Shown here piece after piece: positions 47,398-57,150 of a stretch of 64,000 nucleotides of DNA. This stretch comes from Chitinophaga pinensis. Its GTDB lineage: Bacteria; Bacteroidota; Bacteroidia; UKL13-3. The notes beneath the pieces were generated by a model, which was not told the DNA's origin, did no database searches, and was given only the letters and a program-made list of their open reading frames with translations. The translations under genes were made by a program, and so were the position numbers. Every line of letters begins with the position of its first letter. Within the stretch, counting starts at the first letter, position 1. The stretch covers positions 13,653 to 77,652 of the forward strand of contig CAMBSD010000010.1 of NCBI GenBank assembly GCA_945870425.1, in the 5' to 3' direction.

Positions 47398-49065
47398 ATG
47401 TCTGAAAACAAGATTATATTCTCAATGGCAGGTGTGAGCAAAACGCATCCACCGCAAAAACAAGTACTGAAAAATATTTACTTATCTTTTTACTATGGTG
47501 CCAAAATTGGTGTCTTGGGTTTAAATGGAAGCGGAAAGTCAAGCTTGCTTCGCATCATCGCGGGTGTTGATAAAAGCTTTCAAGGTGAGGTTGTTTTTGA
47601 TAAAGAATATAAAATTGGGTTTTTAGAGCAGGAGCCAGTTTTGGACGAAACCAAAACGGTTTTGGAATCAGTGAAAGAGGGTGTGAAACACATTACCGAT
47701 TTGCTTGAGGAATTTGATGAGGTAAACAACAAATTGGCTGAACCCATGGATGATAAAGCCATGGAGAAACTCATGAACCGTCAAGGTGAATTGATGGAGT
47801 TGTTGGAGCAACATGATGCATGGGAGCTTGATACCAAATTAGACAAAGCCATGGATGCTTTGCGTTGCCCTGATGCTGATACCCCAGTGAAAGTGCTGTC
47901 GGGTGGTGAGCGCAGAAGGGTTGCCCTTTGTCGTTTGTTACTTAGCAATCCTGATATTTTATTATTGGATGAGCCCACCAATCACTTGGATGCCGAGTCG
48001 GTAGATTGGTTAGAGCAATTCTTGAAAAACTTCCCTGGAACGGTTATAGCCGTTACCCACGATAGGTATTTCTTAGACAATGTTGCAGGATGGATATTGG
48101 AATTAGATAGGGGAGAAGGCATTCCTTACAAAGGAAATTATAGCAGTTGGCTAGAGCAAAAATCTAATAGGTTGTTGCAAGAAGAAAAACAAGAAAGCAA
48201 ACGTGCCAAAGCTTTACAGCGTGAGTTAGACTGGGTGCGTCAAGGTGCCAAAGGCCGTCAAACCAAACAGAAAGCTCGTTTACAAGCCTATGATAGAATG
48301 ATGGGTGAGGAACAAAAAGAGAAAGAGCAAAGCATGGAATTGTTTATTCCAGCGGGTCCACGTTTGGGAGATTTGGTTATTGAATCTAACAATGTGAGCA
48401 AGGCTTTTGGTAATAAATTGTTATATGAGAATTTAAGTTTCAGTCTTCCTAAAGGAGGTATAGTTGGTATTATCGGACCAAATGGGGTAGGTAAAACCAC
48501 CTTGTTCCGCATGATGATGGGTTTGGAACAACCCGATTCAGGTGATTTTAGAATAGGAGAATCTGTCAAGACAGCCTATGTAGATCAAAGCCACAAAGAT
48601 TTATTGCCTGAAAAATCAGTATTTGAAGTAATAAGCGGAGGTACTGAAACCATGATGGTGGGCGACAAGCAAGTAAATGCAAGGGCCTATATTTCTAAGT
48701 TTAACTTTAGTGGAAATGATCAAAGTAAAAAAGTAAATGTATTATCTGGAGGGGAGCGAAACCGTGTGCATTTGGCCATGACTTTGAAAGAAGGTGGCAA
48801 TGTGTTGTTGCTGGATGAGCCTACCAATGATATAGATGTTAATACTTTGCGTGCCTTGGAAGAAGCCATTGAAAACTTTGCTGGATGTGTGGTGGTAATT
48901 AGCCACGATAGGTGGTTTATCAATCGTATTGCAACGCATATCTTAGCATTTGAAGGCAACTCACAAGTGTATTTCTTTGAAGGAGATTATAGCTCATATG
49001 AAGAAAACAAAAAACAACGCCTTGGCGATACCGCTCCACATAAGGTGAGGTTTAAAAATATCTAG
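47398..49065 (+). CDS. ettA: Energy-dependent translational throttle protein EttA (ABC-F)
   Basis: Two ABC domains (GLNGSGKS, GPNGVGKT), [29 protein letters not shown]; 555 aa; TATCTTCG box at 47365-47372. Confidence 0.96.
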   Translation: MSENKIIFSMAGVSKTHPPQKQVLKNIYLSFYYGAKIGVLGLNGSGKSSLLRIIAGVDKSFQGEVVFDKEYKIGFLEQEPVLDETKTVLESVKEGVKHITDLLEEFDEVNNKLAEPMDDKAMEKLMNRQGELMELLEQHDAWELDTKLDKAMDALRCPDADTPVKVLSGGERRRVALCRLLLSNPDILLLDEPTNHLDAESVDWLEQFLKNFPGTVIAVTHDRYFLDNVAGWILELDRGEGIPYKGNYSSWLEQKSNRLLQEEKQESKRAKALQRELDWVRQGAKGRQTKQKARLQAYDRMMGEEQKEKEQSMELFIPAGPRLGDLVIESNNVSKAFGNKLLYENLSFSLPKGGIVGIIGPNGVGKTTLFRMMMGLEQPDSGDFRIGESVKTAYVDQSHKDLLPEKSVFEVISGGTETMMVGDKQVNARAYISKFNFSGNDQSKKVNVLSGGERNRVHLAMTLKEGGNVLLLDEPTNDIDVNTLRALEEAIENFAGCVVVISHDRWFINRIATHILAFEGNSQVYFFEGDYSSYEENKKQRLGDTAPHKVRFKNI

Positions 49066-49187
49066 TAGAATTTTGTCCTTTAAAATGTTCGGTACTTCAT
49101 CTATGTGAGATGTCAAATTTGAATGTTGCATTCCTAATTTACTCTAACTTTCGATATTTTCAATAACTATGTAACGCTACACGAATT

Positions 49188-49232
49188 CCTCTGTGTCCTC
49201 TGTGTTGCATTTTCTCTGTGTCCTCTGTGGTT
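49188..49232. repeat. CTCTGTG-type short repeat element
   Basis: ctctgtgtcctctgtg occurs twice (reverse strand: accacagaggacacagag...). Confidence 0.7.
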
Positions 49233-49244
49233 AATAAATCATGC

Positions 49245-49844
49245 CTAAACAATCGTCCTAAAAGTTAAATTTATGCGTGGTTTTAGAACCCTAGTTGATT
49301 TGGCTAAACTATGCAGCCAATGGCTTTGCACTTGCCCTTTCATGAGAAGTAAACTCCCATGCTCTAGCATCAAATACATAGTTTGTTTGTCTGCTTTATG
49401 TTTGAAACCAAATTTTCTCTCAGTACCCAAACTAACTGATGCTATGGCACCATCCTTTTTCAAGTCTTTTTCATCATCGCTGTGCCAGCCCATGCCTTCA
49501 TTGCCATCATGGTATAAATTTAGCAAACATGAATTATAATTTTCGTTGCTAATCGATTCAACTATGGTTTTTAATTCCAATAGTTCATTGGTCCAAGGCA
49601 AGGCCGTTCTGCTGATATTGGAGTATTTGTATTCAAATGGCCTATCTCCATACCATGCCATTTTTCTCTTTGTAATGATTCGCTTTCCATATATGACTAC
49701 CTCATCATTTCTCCAATCAATACCATTGAGCAAGGCCTCCATAAATTGATTTGCCTTTTCAGTTGAAATGACTTTTCCATAATATTGAACTACTCCATCT
49801 TTGGGTAATAGGTTTGTATGTGAGTTGTTAAATAAATCCATCAA
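49245..49844 (-). CDS. AlkB family 2OG-Fe(II) dioxygenase (ALKBH2/3-like)
   Basis: NSCLLNLYHDG.EGMGWHSDDE, W.HSL, RINLTFR. Confidence 0.93.
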   Translation of the reverse strand: MMDLFNNSHTNLLPKDGVVQYYGKVISTEKANQFMEALLNGIDWRNDEVVIYGKRIITKRKMAWYGDRPFEYKYSNISRTALPWTNELLELKTIVESISNENYNSCLLNLYHDGNEGMGWHSDDEKDLKKDGAIASVSLGTERKFGFKHKADKQTMYLMLEHGSLLLMKGQVQSHWLHSLAKSTRVLKPRINLTFRTIV

Positions 49845-50191
49845 TTATTTAGATTTTCTATTGCAAAATACATCAGATTTTTCTAGATTAAGTATTGTAA
49901 ATTTATGGCGTTATGGCGGGTATCGAAGATATAGGTAGCATAGGTTATTTTATATATTTAAAATCAGTATTTCAAATTTTCCCAATAGGCTATCCAAATG
50001 ATCAATTAGGTTCTTATCATAAATGCCATACGCATTGTTGCCCATATAATAATTGAACTTTCTATTTTTTATGATTGCCCACTCTTAATTCAGCTTGGCT
50101 AATACCAAACAAATCATCATAAATAATAAGAAATCATTTGTTTTTTGAATGTATTTAAAGAAGCCGCCTGATAAAATTTGTTGCATCATCA

Positions 50192-51094
50192 TTACATCCA
50201 ACCTTTGCGTTTAAACCAAATCCAAATGAAGATTGTAATACTTAACATTAACCCTATTACGGCAGGGTAGCCCCACATCCAATGCAGCTCTGGCATAACA
50301 TCGAAGTTCATTCCATAAATGCCAACGATAAATGTGAGTGGTAAGAAGAAGGCAGAGAACACAGTTAAGAAGCGCATCACCTCATTGGTTTTTTGAGATG
50401 ATAGAGAGATGTAGATATTGAGAAGTGAGTGTATGCTATCATGAATTTCATCAATCAATATTTCATATTTTGTAAAAGTATCTTTTAAATCTTGCATATG
50501 AGCATTCTTCTTGCCACTGCTCTCCATTTGTTCAACAATGTTTTTTGAAACTGAGAAAAGCCTTTTTGTGATGTAGGCTTTGCGTTTTATCTCATATAGG
50601 TTTTTGAGTAAATCTGGAATCCTGTTTTTTAAGAATATGCGCGATTCGTAATAATCTATCTCAGTATCAATTTTAGTCAATGGAGCTTCATAGGTTTGTA
50701 TGGCTTGCTTCAATAACTTACATACTATGTCGAAAGGCGTTTTAGCATAAGGATTATTTAAATACTTTTCAGCTGTTTGGCTAATGATATCCGTTTCACT
50801 TCTGTGAATGGTAATCAAATAGTTTTTGCCATAAAATATGGCCAACTTACGGGTAAGTTTTTGTATGGTATCTGAAGATTTATCACAATGTTTATCATAA
50901 AATCTGAAAATGATAAAGGACGCTTCCTCCATTTGTTCAATCTTGGGCAAATGTTCGGGCTCAAGGCAATCTTTGACTGCGGTGGGGTGTAAATGGTATT
51001 TTTCGGCCACTTCAGTTAGCTCTTCCAAACTTGGTCCACTTATGTCAATCCACTTATATGAATGCTCCGTTTCAGCTTTTATTACTGTTAACAT
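50192..51094 (-). CDS. corA: CorA family divalent cation transporter
   Basis: NEVMRFLT, FLPLTFIVGIYGMNF..MPEL.W.WGY. Confidence 0.93.
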   Translation of the reverse strand: MLTVIKAETEHSYKWIDISGPSLEELTEVAEKYHLHPTAVKDCLEPEHLPKIEQMEEASFIIFRFYDKHCDKSSDTIQKLTRKLAIFYGKNYLITIHRSETDIISQTAEKYLNNPYAKTPFDIVCKLLKQAIQTYEAPLTKIDTEIDYYESRIFLKNRIPDLLKNLYEIKRKAYITKRLFSVSKNIVEQMESSGKKNAHMQDLKDTFTKYEILIDEIHDSIHSLLNIYISLSSQKTNEVMRFLTVFSAFFLPLTFIVGIYGMNFDVMPELHWMWGYPAVIGLMLSITIFIWIWFKRKGWM

Positions 51095-51187
51095 TTTTGT
51101 TAGTTAATTAATTGTTATCAATGAGATAGTAGCATGCTATCCCTTAATTTTGCGGTGTAACAAATAAAGAATTTATTGTTTTTATAT

Positions 51188-53812
51188 ATGTATAAAATTA
51201 AACCCATTTTATCCTTTCTTTTATGTGTATGTGTATTTTACTATACTAAGGCTCAAGTTACTAAAAAAGAGGCAGGAGTATGTTTCAGAGTGGATGATAC
51301 CCAGCCCATTAATAAACTTAGGACGTTTGATAGCCTATTTAGAAGCAAGGGCCTTAAGTTCACTTTTGGTTGTAATGCCCAAATTGTAGAAAGAATAGGA
51401 GGGGAAGAATATTGGAAGCTCTTGAAGGAAATGCAAAGCTATGGTCATGATATTGCTGACCACAGTGCCAATCATTATTCGCATTTCTTTGAAGTTACTA
51501 GCATGCAAGATACCCTTATGTATGCTTCAAAGCCAGGGGTTGATCATATCAATAAAGTGTTTTATAATCCCATAGCCAATGGGCCGAGGATTTGTTTAAA
51601 ATATAATTTGACTAATACTAATGGTCTTGGTGATGAGGGAAAGGTGACCTTAATAGGCAATAAACTTATTACGAAAAATAATGGCGAATTTAGCCCTAAT
51701 CGTATCTATGGCGTGCAAAATATAACTAAATTTTATTTGCCAAGTCTCGATTTGGTTTTAGGATTTTCAGGCATTTCAAACGTAAATCCTTTTGATCCGG
51801 ATACAGCTACACTCCTGTCATTTTGGAACGAGGATGTAAACTTTACAAATACAGATACCATTCCCTTTAAAATGCTATCTAATTTCGATATAGAAGTTGA
51901 CAAGGCAGGTTTTTTATTGATGCAACAACATACGCAATACCTTTTTGCAAAGCATGGTTTGAAAAACCCAACTACCTGGATTCAGCCAGGAGGAGAACAA
52001 CCTTATTCAAGTGAAAGTTATATTGAAGAAACATTGGGTCACGAGTTTTCTTACCTCAGTGGTGCTAGTTACCCAACTTGTGTAAAGACATTTAACGAAT
52101 TTGACCCCAATGGTTCAAAGAGGTTTTCGATGCAATGGGGTGATTTTTATGAGGAAACCCAAAGTGTTTCAACTATTCAAAAAACCATAGCCGATAGATT
52201 AGCTCGCCATCATGTTAGCATAGGGCTTAATCACTTTTCGCTCTATGGAGGGTTTGCTTGGAATGATTTAATCAATCATATGAACACTCTTCTTGATTGG
52301 TGCAAAATGAAAAATATCAAAGTTGAAACCTATGATTATTGGGCCAATGAGTTGTATACTAAAATTACAAATCAGAGCGTGAACATTGCCCCAAGTTTGA
52401 ATGTTGATTTGGATGAAGATAGTTTGCCTGATGGATTTGGGAACATAAGTAACTTTGATCGAACAACAGGCGTGGCGCAAAGTGCAGGGAAAAGTTTTTC
52501 GAGTAAAAGTGGTCAAGCATTTACCATACAAAGACTTGGTGGTGTGGAGAATGGTAGAAATGTGATAAGACTTTCAACCAAAGGTGGAACAGAAAATGAC
52601 CAGATAAATATTTTCATCAATGTGCAAGACAAAGACATTAATTACTTTTTTGATGTGCCTGCAAACACGGCTGATTTTACAGAGTACAGCAAAGAGTTTT
52701 GGATACCTGATGATGCCTTTTTAATTAGTGTATATTGTAATGTCTATTCACCTTCTGGCCGAACCATATTTGTTTCTGGCATAGATATTAGAGGGGTTTC
52801 AAAACCAAAAATAAAATTTAAGAAATTAATAAAACAGGTAAATGAAGATTACCCTGTGATCGATTTGGATAAATGTGTTTTTGATACTGCATTTGCTGCA
52901 ACATCAATGAAATGGTATGTCTTAACAGATGCGATGTCCTTTGCCAAATTAGATACCATCCATCGAAAACTGAGTATAATACCGAAACCATTTTGGTTAG
53001 GTACTGATTCAATTGTCGTGTTTGTGATAAATCCTTCAGGCCAAACGGATACTTGTACTTTGTATTTTACATCATCAGGTATAAGTGTTTGTGCAGGGAA
53101 ATTGGTTGAATTAAAAGTACCCTATGATACTACTTGCAAGTATAAATGGATTGCCACACCTGCAGATATAAGTTTGAAAAATGATACTAGCCCAAGCATA
53201 GATGTAAGACCAATTTTAACAGGTGTTTATAAACTTTCAATTACCCAAGTAAATAATGTTACTGAGACATTTACTGTAGGTGTGAATGTAAAGCAAAGTA
53301 GAACATTAAACCCTGAATTGGATACCCTGATTTATAATCCCTCGGAGGATAATATTTTTGAAATAAATAAACCTTTTGGGTATACCTTCTCATTGTTAAA
53401 CCAAGCTAGGTACAAGGTAGAATTAATTAACAGTACTATCAAAACACCAAAGGGGCAGAATAATCTTGGTGATGATTTGGTAAGAATTTATACCAGTAAC
53501 AATAGCTGCGATGTGGGAATTATTGATCTACATATTATGAGTAAGAGAGGCTCTGTAACTGAATTGGAATTAGATAAAAATCTCAAAGTATACCCTAATC
53601 CTGTAAGTGATTATTTAGTAATTGAGACTCTTAATGAAAGTGATTATGATTTGGTTTTAGTGGATTTGAATGGTCAAGTATTAAAAAGAAGTGTTATAAA
53701 TAAAAAGTCAAATAATATAGATATGTTGGACATCCCACAAGGCTTTTATATTTTATATCTTAGCCATCAAATAGGTCCTAAGAGGCATTATTACAAAATA
53801 TTTAGGAATTGA
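51188..53812 (+). CDS. T9SS-secreted polysaccharide deacetylase-like (NodB) multidomain protein
   Basis: CFRVDD, GHDIADHSANH, WIQPGG, LNH motifs; CTD VYPNPV...GFYIL. ATG at 51188 preferred; TAATTTTG box at about 51145-51152. Confidence 0.75.
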   Translation: MYKIKPILSFLLCVCVFYYTKAQVTKKEAGVCFRVDDTQPINKLRTFDSLFRSKGLKFTFGCNAQIVERIGGEEYWKLLKEMQSYGHDIADHSANHYSHFFEVTSMQDTLMYASKPGVDHINKVFYNPIANGPRICLKYNLTNTNGLGDEGKVTLIGNKLITKNNGEFSPNRIYGVQNITKFYLPSLDLVLGFSGISNVNPFDPDTATLLSFWNEDVNFTNTDTIPFKMLSNFDIEVDKAGFLLMQQHTQYLFAKHGLKNPTTWIQPGGEQPYSSESYIEETLGHEFSYLSGASYPTCVKTFNEFDPNGSKRFSMQWGDFYEETQSVSTIQKTIADRLARHHVSIGLNHFSLYGGFAWNDLINHMNTLLDWCKMKNIKVETYDYWANELYTKITNQSVNIAPSLNVDLDEDSLPDGFGNISNFDRTTGVAQSAGKSFSSKSGQAFTIQRLGGVENGRNVIRLSTKGGTENDQINIFINVQDKDINYFFDVPANTADFTEYSKEFWIPDDAFLISVYCNVYSPSGRTIFVSGIDIRGVSKPKIKFKKLIKQVNEDYPVIDLDKCVFDTAFAATSMKWYVLTDAMSFAKLDTIHRKLSIIPKPFWLGTDSIVVFVINPSGQTDTCTLYFTSSGISVCAGKLVELKVPYDTTCKYKWIATPADISLKNDTSPSIDVRPILTGVYKLSITQVNNVTETFTVGVNVKQSRTLNPELDTLIYNPSEDNIFEINKPFGYTFSLLNQARYKVELINSTIKTPKGQNNLGDDLVRIYTSNNSCDVGIIDLHIMSKRGSVTELELDKNLKVYPNPVSDYLVIETLNESDYDLVLVDLNGQVLKRSVINKKSNNIDMLDIPQGFYILYLSHQIGPKRHYYKIFRN

Positions 53813-53940
53813 TATAGCGTTTGAGTGTTGTAAATCAGTTGTATATGATATCTCTATTTCTACCTAAATACTATTTTGTGAGTCTGTTGCCTTGTATATT
53901 GAGTGATTGAATTTTCATAATTGACGAAAGTCTATGAATT

Positions 53941-53968
53941 AAAAACCGAGAGGAGTCTCGGTTTTTTA
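53941..53968. terminator. Rho-independent terminator
   Basis: aaaaaccgaga-ggag-tctcggtttttt. Confidence 0.75.
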
Positions 53969-54082
53969 TTTAATTTGTGCAGCGAGAGATAAAAAAAATG
54001 ATTAAAAATTTGCCCATTCAGTAAAGTTAGGTAGTTTAAGTCAATCCATTTTTTATTTTTGCAAGCATATAACTAAAAGTAC

Positions 54083-55330
54083 ATGGCAGAAATTATTCGC
54101 ATGCCCAAGATGAGCGACACGATGACCGAAGGTGTTATCGTTTCGTGGTTGAAACAAGTGGGCGATGATATTAAACCAGGCGATATACTAGCTGAGGTTG
54201 AGACAGATAAGGCTACAATGGAGTTGGAAAATTACGTAAAAGGAACGCTTTTACACATTGGTATCCCTGACGGAGGCACAGTGCCTGTTGATGCAATTAT
54301 TGCCATTGTTGGAGCTAAAGGTGAGGATATTTCTTCTATTTTGGCATCTGCTGATAGCAAGCCTGTTGTAAGTAGTGCAGCACCGGTTGAAACAATAGAA
54401 ACTATTGTGGCAAGTCCTGAGACAGCCTTAGTTGCTTCTTCAGATATTTCAGATTCAAGAGTGAAAGCATCTCCTTTGGCTAAGAGAATAGCTGAAGATA
54501 GAGGAATAAGTTTGTCACAACTTCATGGAAGTGGCGATGGTGGAAGAATTGTAAAGCGTGATGTCGAGGGATTTGTTCCTGTATCTAAACCCCAAGTTAC
54601 AAGTACCCCAAGCCCAACTCCTGTTGCCTTACCGCAAATTGTAGCCCAAGAAAGTTATGAGGATGTTCAGTTATCTCAAATGCGTAAGGTAATTGCAAGG
54701 AGGTTGAGCGAGAGTTTATTTACTGCACCACATTTTTACCTAACCATGTCTATCCGCATGGATAAAGCTATTGAAGCTCGTAAGGCTATCAATGACATGG
54801 GTGATGTGAAGATATCCATGAATGATATCATAGTGAAAGCTGTAGCGGCTGCATTGCGCAAAAATCCGAATGTAAATGTTAGTTGGTTAGGTGATAAGAT
54901 TCGTTACAACCACCATATTAACATTGGTATTGCGGTGGCCATCGAAGATGGTTTAATTGTACCTGTAGTAAAATTTGCTGATAACAAAACAATTTCGCAT
55001 ATCAGTGCTGAAGTAAAGCAATTGGCAGATAAAGCTAAAAACAAAAAATTACAGCCTACGGAATTTGAAGGAAGTACCTTTACCATATCAAATCTTGGAA
55101 TGTATGGTATTGATCAATTCACTGCTATTATCAATCCACCTGATGCTTGTATATTGGCTGTAGGTGCTGCTACCGAAACTGTTTTAGTTGAAAATGGGCA
55201 AATGGTAGTAGGTAACGTGATGAAGGTTACATTAAGTTGCGACCACAGAGCGGTTGATGGTGCTGTTGGTTCAGCCTTCTTAAAAACGCTAAAAGAATTA
55301 CTTGAAAATCCAATTAAAATGTTGGTTTAA
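54083..55330 (+). CDS. pdhC: Pyruvate dehydrogenase E2, dihydrolipoamide acetyltransferase
   Basis: Lipoyl EVETDKATME, E3-binding ASPLAKRIA...GSGDGGRI, catalytic SCDHRAVDG. Confidence 0.95.
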   Translation: MAEIIRMPKMSDTMTEGVIVSWLKQVGDDIKPGDILAEVETDKATMELENYVKGTLLHIGIPDGGTVPVDAIIAIVGAKGEDISSILASADSKPVVSSAAPVETIETIVASPETALVASSDISDSRVKASPLAKRIAEDRGISLSQLHGSGDGGRIVKRDVEGFVPVSKPQVTSTPSPTPVALPQIVAQESYEDVQLSQMRKVIARRLSESLFTAPHFYLTMSIRMDKAIEARKAINDMGDVKISMNDIIVKAVAAALRKNPNVNVSWLGDKIRYNHHINIGIAVAIEDGLIVPVVKFADNKTISHISAEVKQLADKAKNKKLQPTEFEGSTFTISNLGMYGIDQFTAIINPPDACILAVGAATETVLVENGQMVVGNVMKVTLSCDHRAVDGAVGSAFLKTLKELLENPIKMLV

Positions 55331-55349
55331 TCAATACAATATCTAGATT

Positions 55350-55382
55350 AAAAGTGCTTCAAATTTTGAAGCACTTTTTTTA
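55350..55382 (+). terminator. Rho-independent terminator after pdhC
   Basis: aaaagtgcttcaaa...tttgaagcactttt followed by a T-tract. Confidence 0.8.
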
Positions 55383-55469
55383 TATATGCCCTAAACTAAT
55401 ATATTATTTAAGTCTTCAAATTACGTTGCATTGAGGGATGTAGATTTGTTTGCAAAGGAATTTAAGGTA

Positions 55470-55631
55470 GGTGTTTTGATGTCCCATATTAGGATAATGA
55501 AAGTAAATACTTGTTTGGGTTTTTTAAGATAATATTCGCTTGCATACAATCCCATCTCTGTAATTTGATTTATGATTAAATTCTTTCTACACCATTAAAC
55601 CTCTATGACTTTCTTTTGTATATTTCTACAT
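55470..55631 (-). pseudogene. Possible highly decayed RAYT N-terminal fragment
   Basis: Minus-strand pieces YKRKS*RFNGVE and TEMGLYASEYYLKKP loosely resemble RAYT motifs (RKS.RL.G.DY; LN..G..A...W..IP), broken by a stop and a frameshift. Confidence 0.3.
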
Positions 55632-55735
55632 AGTTTGATTTTTAAATATCATAGGTAATTCAAATAAATTTCTTCAGCCGTGATTTGAAAAATTAATTTT
55701 AAAAATATAAGTAATCCTACTATGTCTATTCACAT

Positions 55736-55921
55736 TTACTTTTTCTTGAATCCATAAGGGCAGTGTCTGCATCCACCTTTGCAGCAAAAGCCTCTTTGTA
55801 TGTGGTAGCTTTCTGTAAAAACCATAAATCCTGATTCCATGTAAAAATGAATACCTTCTTTCATTTCATTTCTTTTTGGAATGTGCTTACTATTTTTATG
55901 CTTTATGATCTCGTTTGCCAT
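55736..55921 (-). CDS. DUF5522 family Cys-rich small protein
   Basis: FYMESGFMVFTESYHIQRGFCCKGGCRHCPY; TAATG overlap with the upstream stop. Confidence 0.85.
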   Translation of the reverse strand: MANEIIKHKNSKHIPKRNEMKEGIHFYMESGFMVFTESYHIQRGFCCKGGCRHCPYGFKKK

Positions 55922-56970
55922 TAATAATTAAAATAAAAATCTCCTGTGATAATACCTGCATTAAATAAACCATTTAACTGTCCTGTATTGGCATTGAATC
56001 TATAGCATTTTGATTTTTGCATATAATCCAATACATCGCTTACATATAATTCATTGTATGTATTGTCGAATGAAAGGCCATAGAAATTCTTGCCATTGGC
56101 GTTCACAAAAGGGTTTTTAGGTAACATACTATCTGTGACCGCCATTTTATAGATGTCTTTTTTTAACCAATATAAGGCTGTTTTGTTTTTATTTAATACC
56201 AGTTTGCTTGGCTTGTCATCCCCTTCAAATGGATAGGATTTGATGAGTCTGAATACATGGTTACTAAAAAAGAGTTTATGTAATGTAGCGTTTATTTTTT
56301 TTGTTTGACTGCCATCACACAGCACCCAAAAAGTGCTATCATTTTCTTGCAATATAGAATGTGTACCATAAGAAAGTTGGATACTGTCTTTGATTTGATC
56401 CTTAAAAATATCAATGCTATAGATAAAGTTACTATTAGGACAAGTCACCAACATGATACTACCTGATAGGAGCATATTTTCGGTCCAAGAAGGAAAAGTG
56501 ATTTTTTTCAATACACTATTGTTCGATAAATCAATCACGGTTATGGCCTTGTCATACAAATCGCTAATGTATGCCTTGTTCGATGAAACAGCCTCTATAT
56601 ACCTTGGTGAGCGGAGGCCTGCTATAGTAGAAATGGATATAAAGTTTCTTTTGTCTAACACCTCAACTTTACCTGAATTATTCACTACCAAGTACAATTT
56701 GTCGTTAATTATACTCATTGATTGTAGCACATCACCCAAGACTTTGTTGTTGGCTTGTTTAAACACATCAGTGTAATACATATTATTATACACATCAATA
56801 AAATCTAGGGTTGCATTCCCTGATTGGAAATTCCCCTCGTTCAATACATAAATACCTTCATGTAATGAATCTGGTAATACCACCAATGGTGGCACCTGAG
56901 GCGCTTTGTCGCAAGACTGTGTTCCAAGCATAAGCAATGTTAAAAATATTAGACTGAATATGTATTTCAT
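55921..56970 (-). CDS. BtuG-like (YncE/DUF5074) beta-propeller surface lipoprotein
   Basis: Lipobox GTQSC; VLNEGNF..GNA, NNKVLGDVLQSM, VVNNSGKV, SPRYI; located in a cobalamin-riboswitch operon. Confidence 0.85.
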   Translation of the reverse strand: MKYIFSLIFLTLLMLGTQSCDKAPQVPPLVVLPDSLHEGIYVLNEGNFQSGNATLDFIDVYNNMYYTDVFKQANNKVLGDVLQSMSIINDKLYLVVNNSGKVEVLDKRNFISISTIAGLRSPRYIEAVSSNKAYISDLYDKAITVIDLSNNSVLKKITFPSWTENMLLSGSIMLVTCPNSNFIYSIDIFKDQIKDSIQLSYGTHSILQENDSTFWVLCDGSQTKKINATLHKLFFSNHVFRLIKSYPFEGDDKPSKLVLNKNKTALYWLKKDIYKMAVTDSMLPKNPFVNANGKNFYGLSFDNTYNELYVSDVLDYMQKSKCYRFNANTGQLNGLFNAGIITGDFYFNY

Positions 56971-57032
56971 TAATGTGGAGGTCAATGTTTATATGTGAAT
57001 GGTTGTAAAGGGAATTAATGGTTTTGTTATTT

Positions 57033-57134
57033 GTTGGGGCGTATCAACATACGCCCCATAATTTTGGGCGAATATTAATTCGCCCCTACATGGTTTGTTT
57101 GCATTTGTGTAGAGGTTTAACTAAACGTCTTTAC
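57033..57134. repeat. Cluster of GTAG-type REP palindromes inside the B12 operon
   Basis: ggggcgtat-caac-atacgcccc; gggcgaat-atta-attcgcccctac; degenerate gtagag...gtctttac. Confidence 0.75.
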
Positions 57135-57150
57135 CAATACATCATGCGGT

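Noticed and set aside
49900-50150. Possible gene remnant between corA and the alkB-like gene
   Set aside because: A minus-strand open stretch exists, but I cannot assign it to any family.
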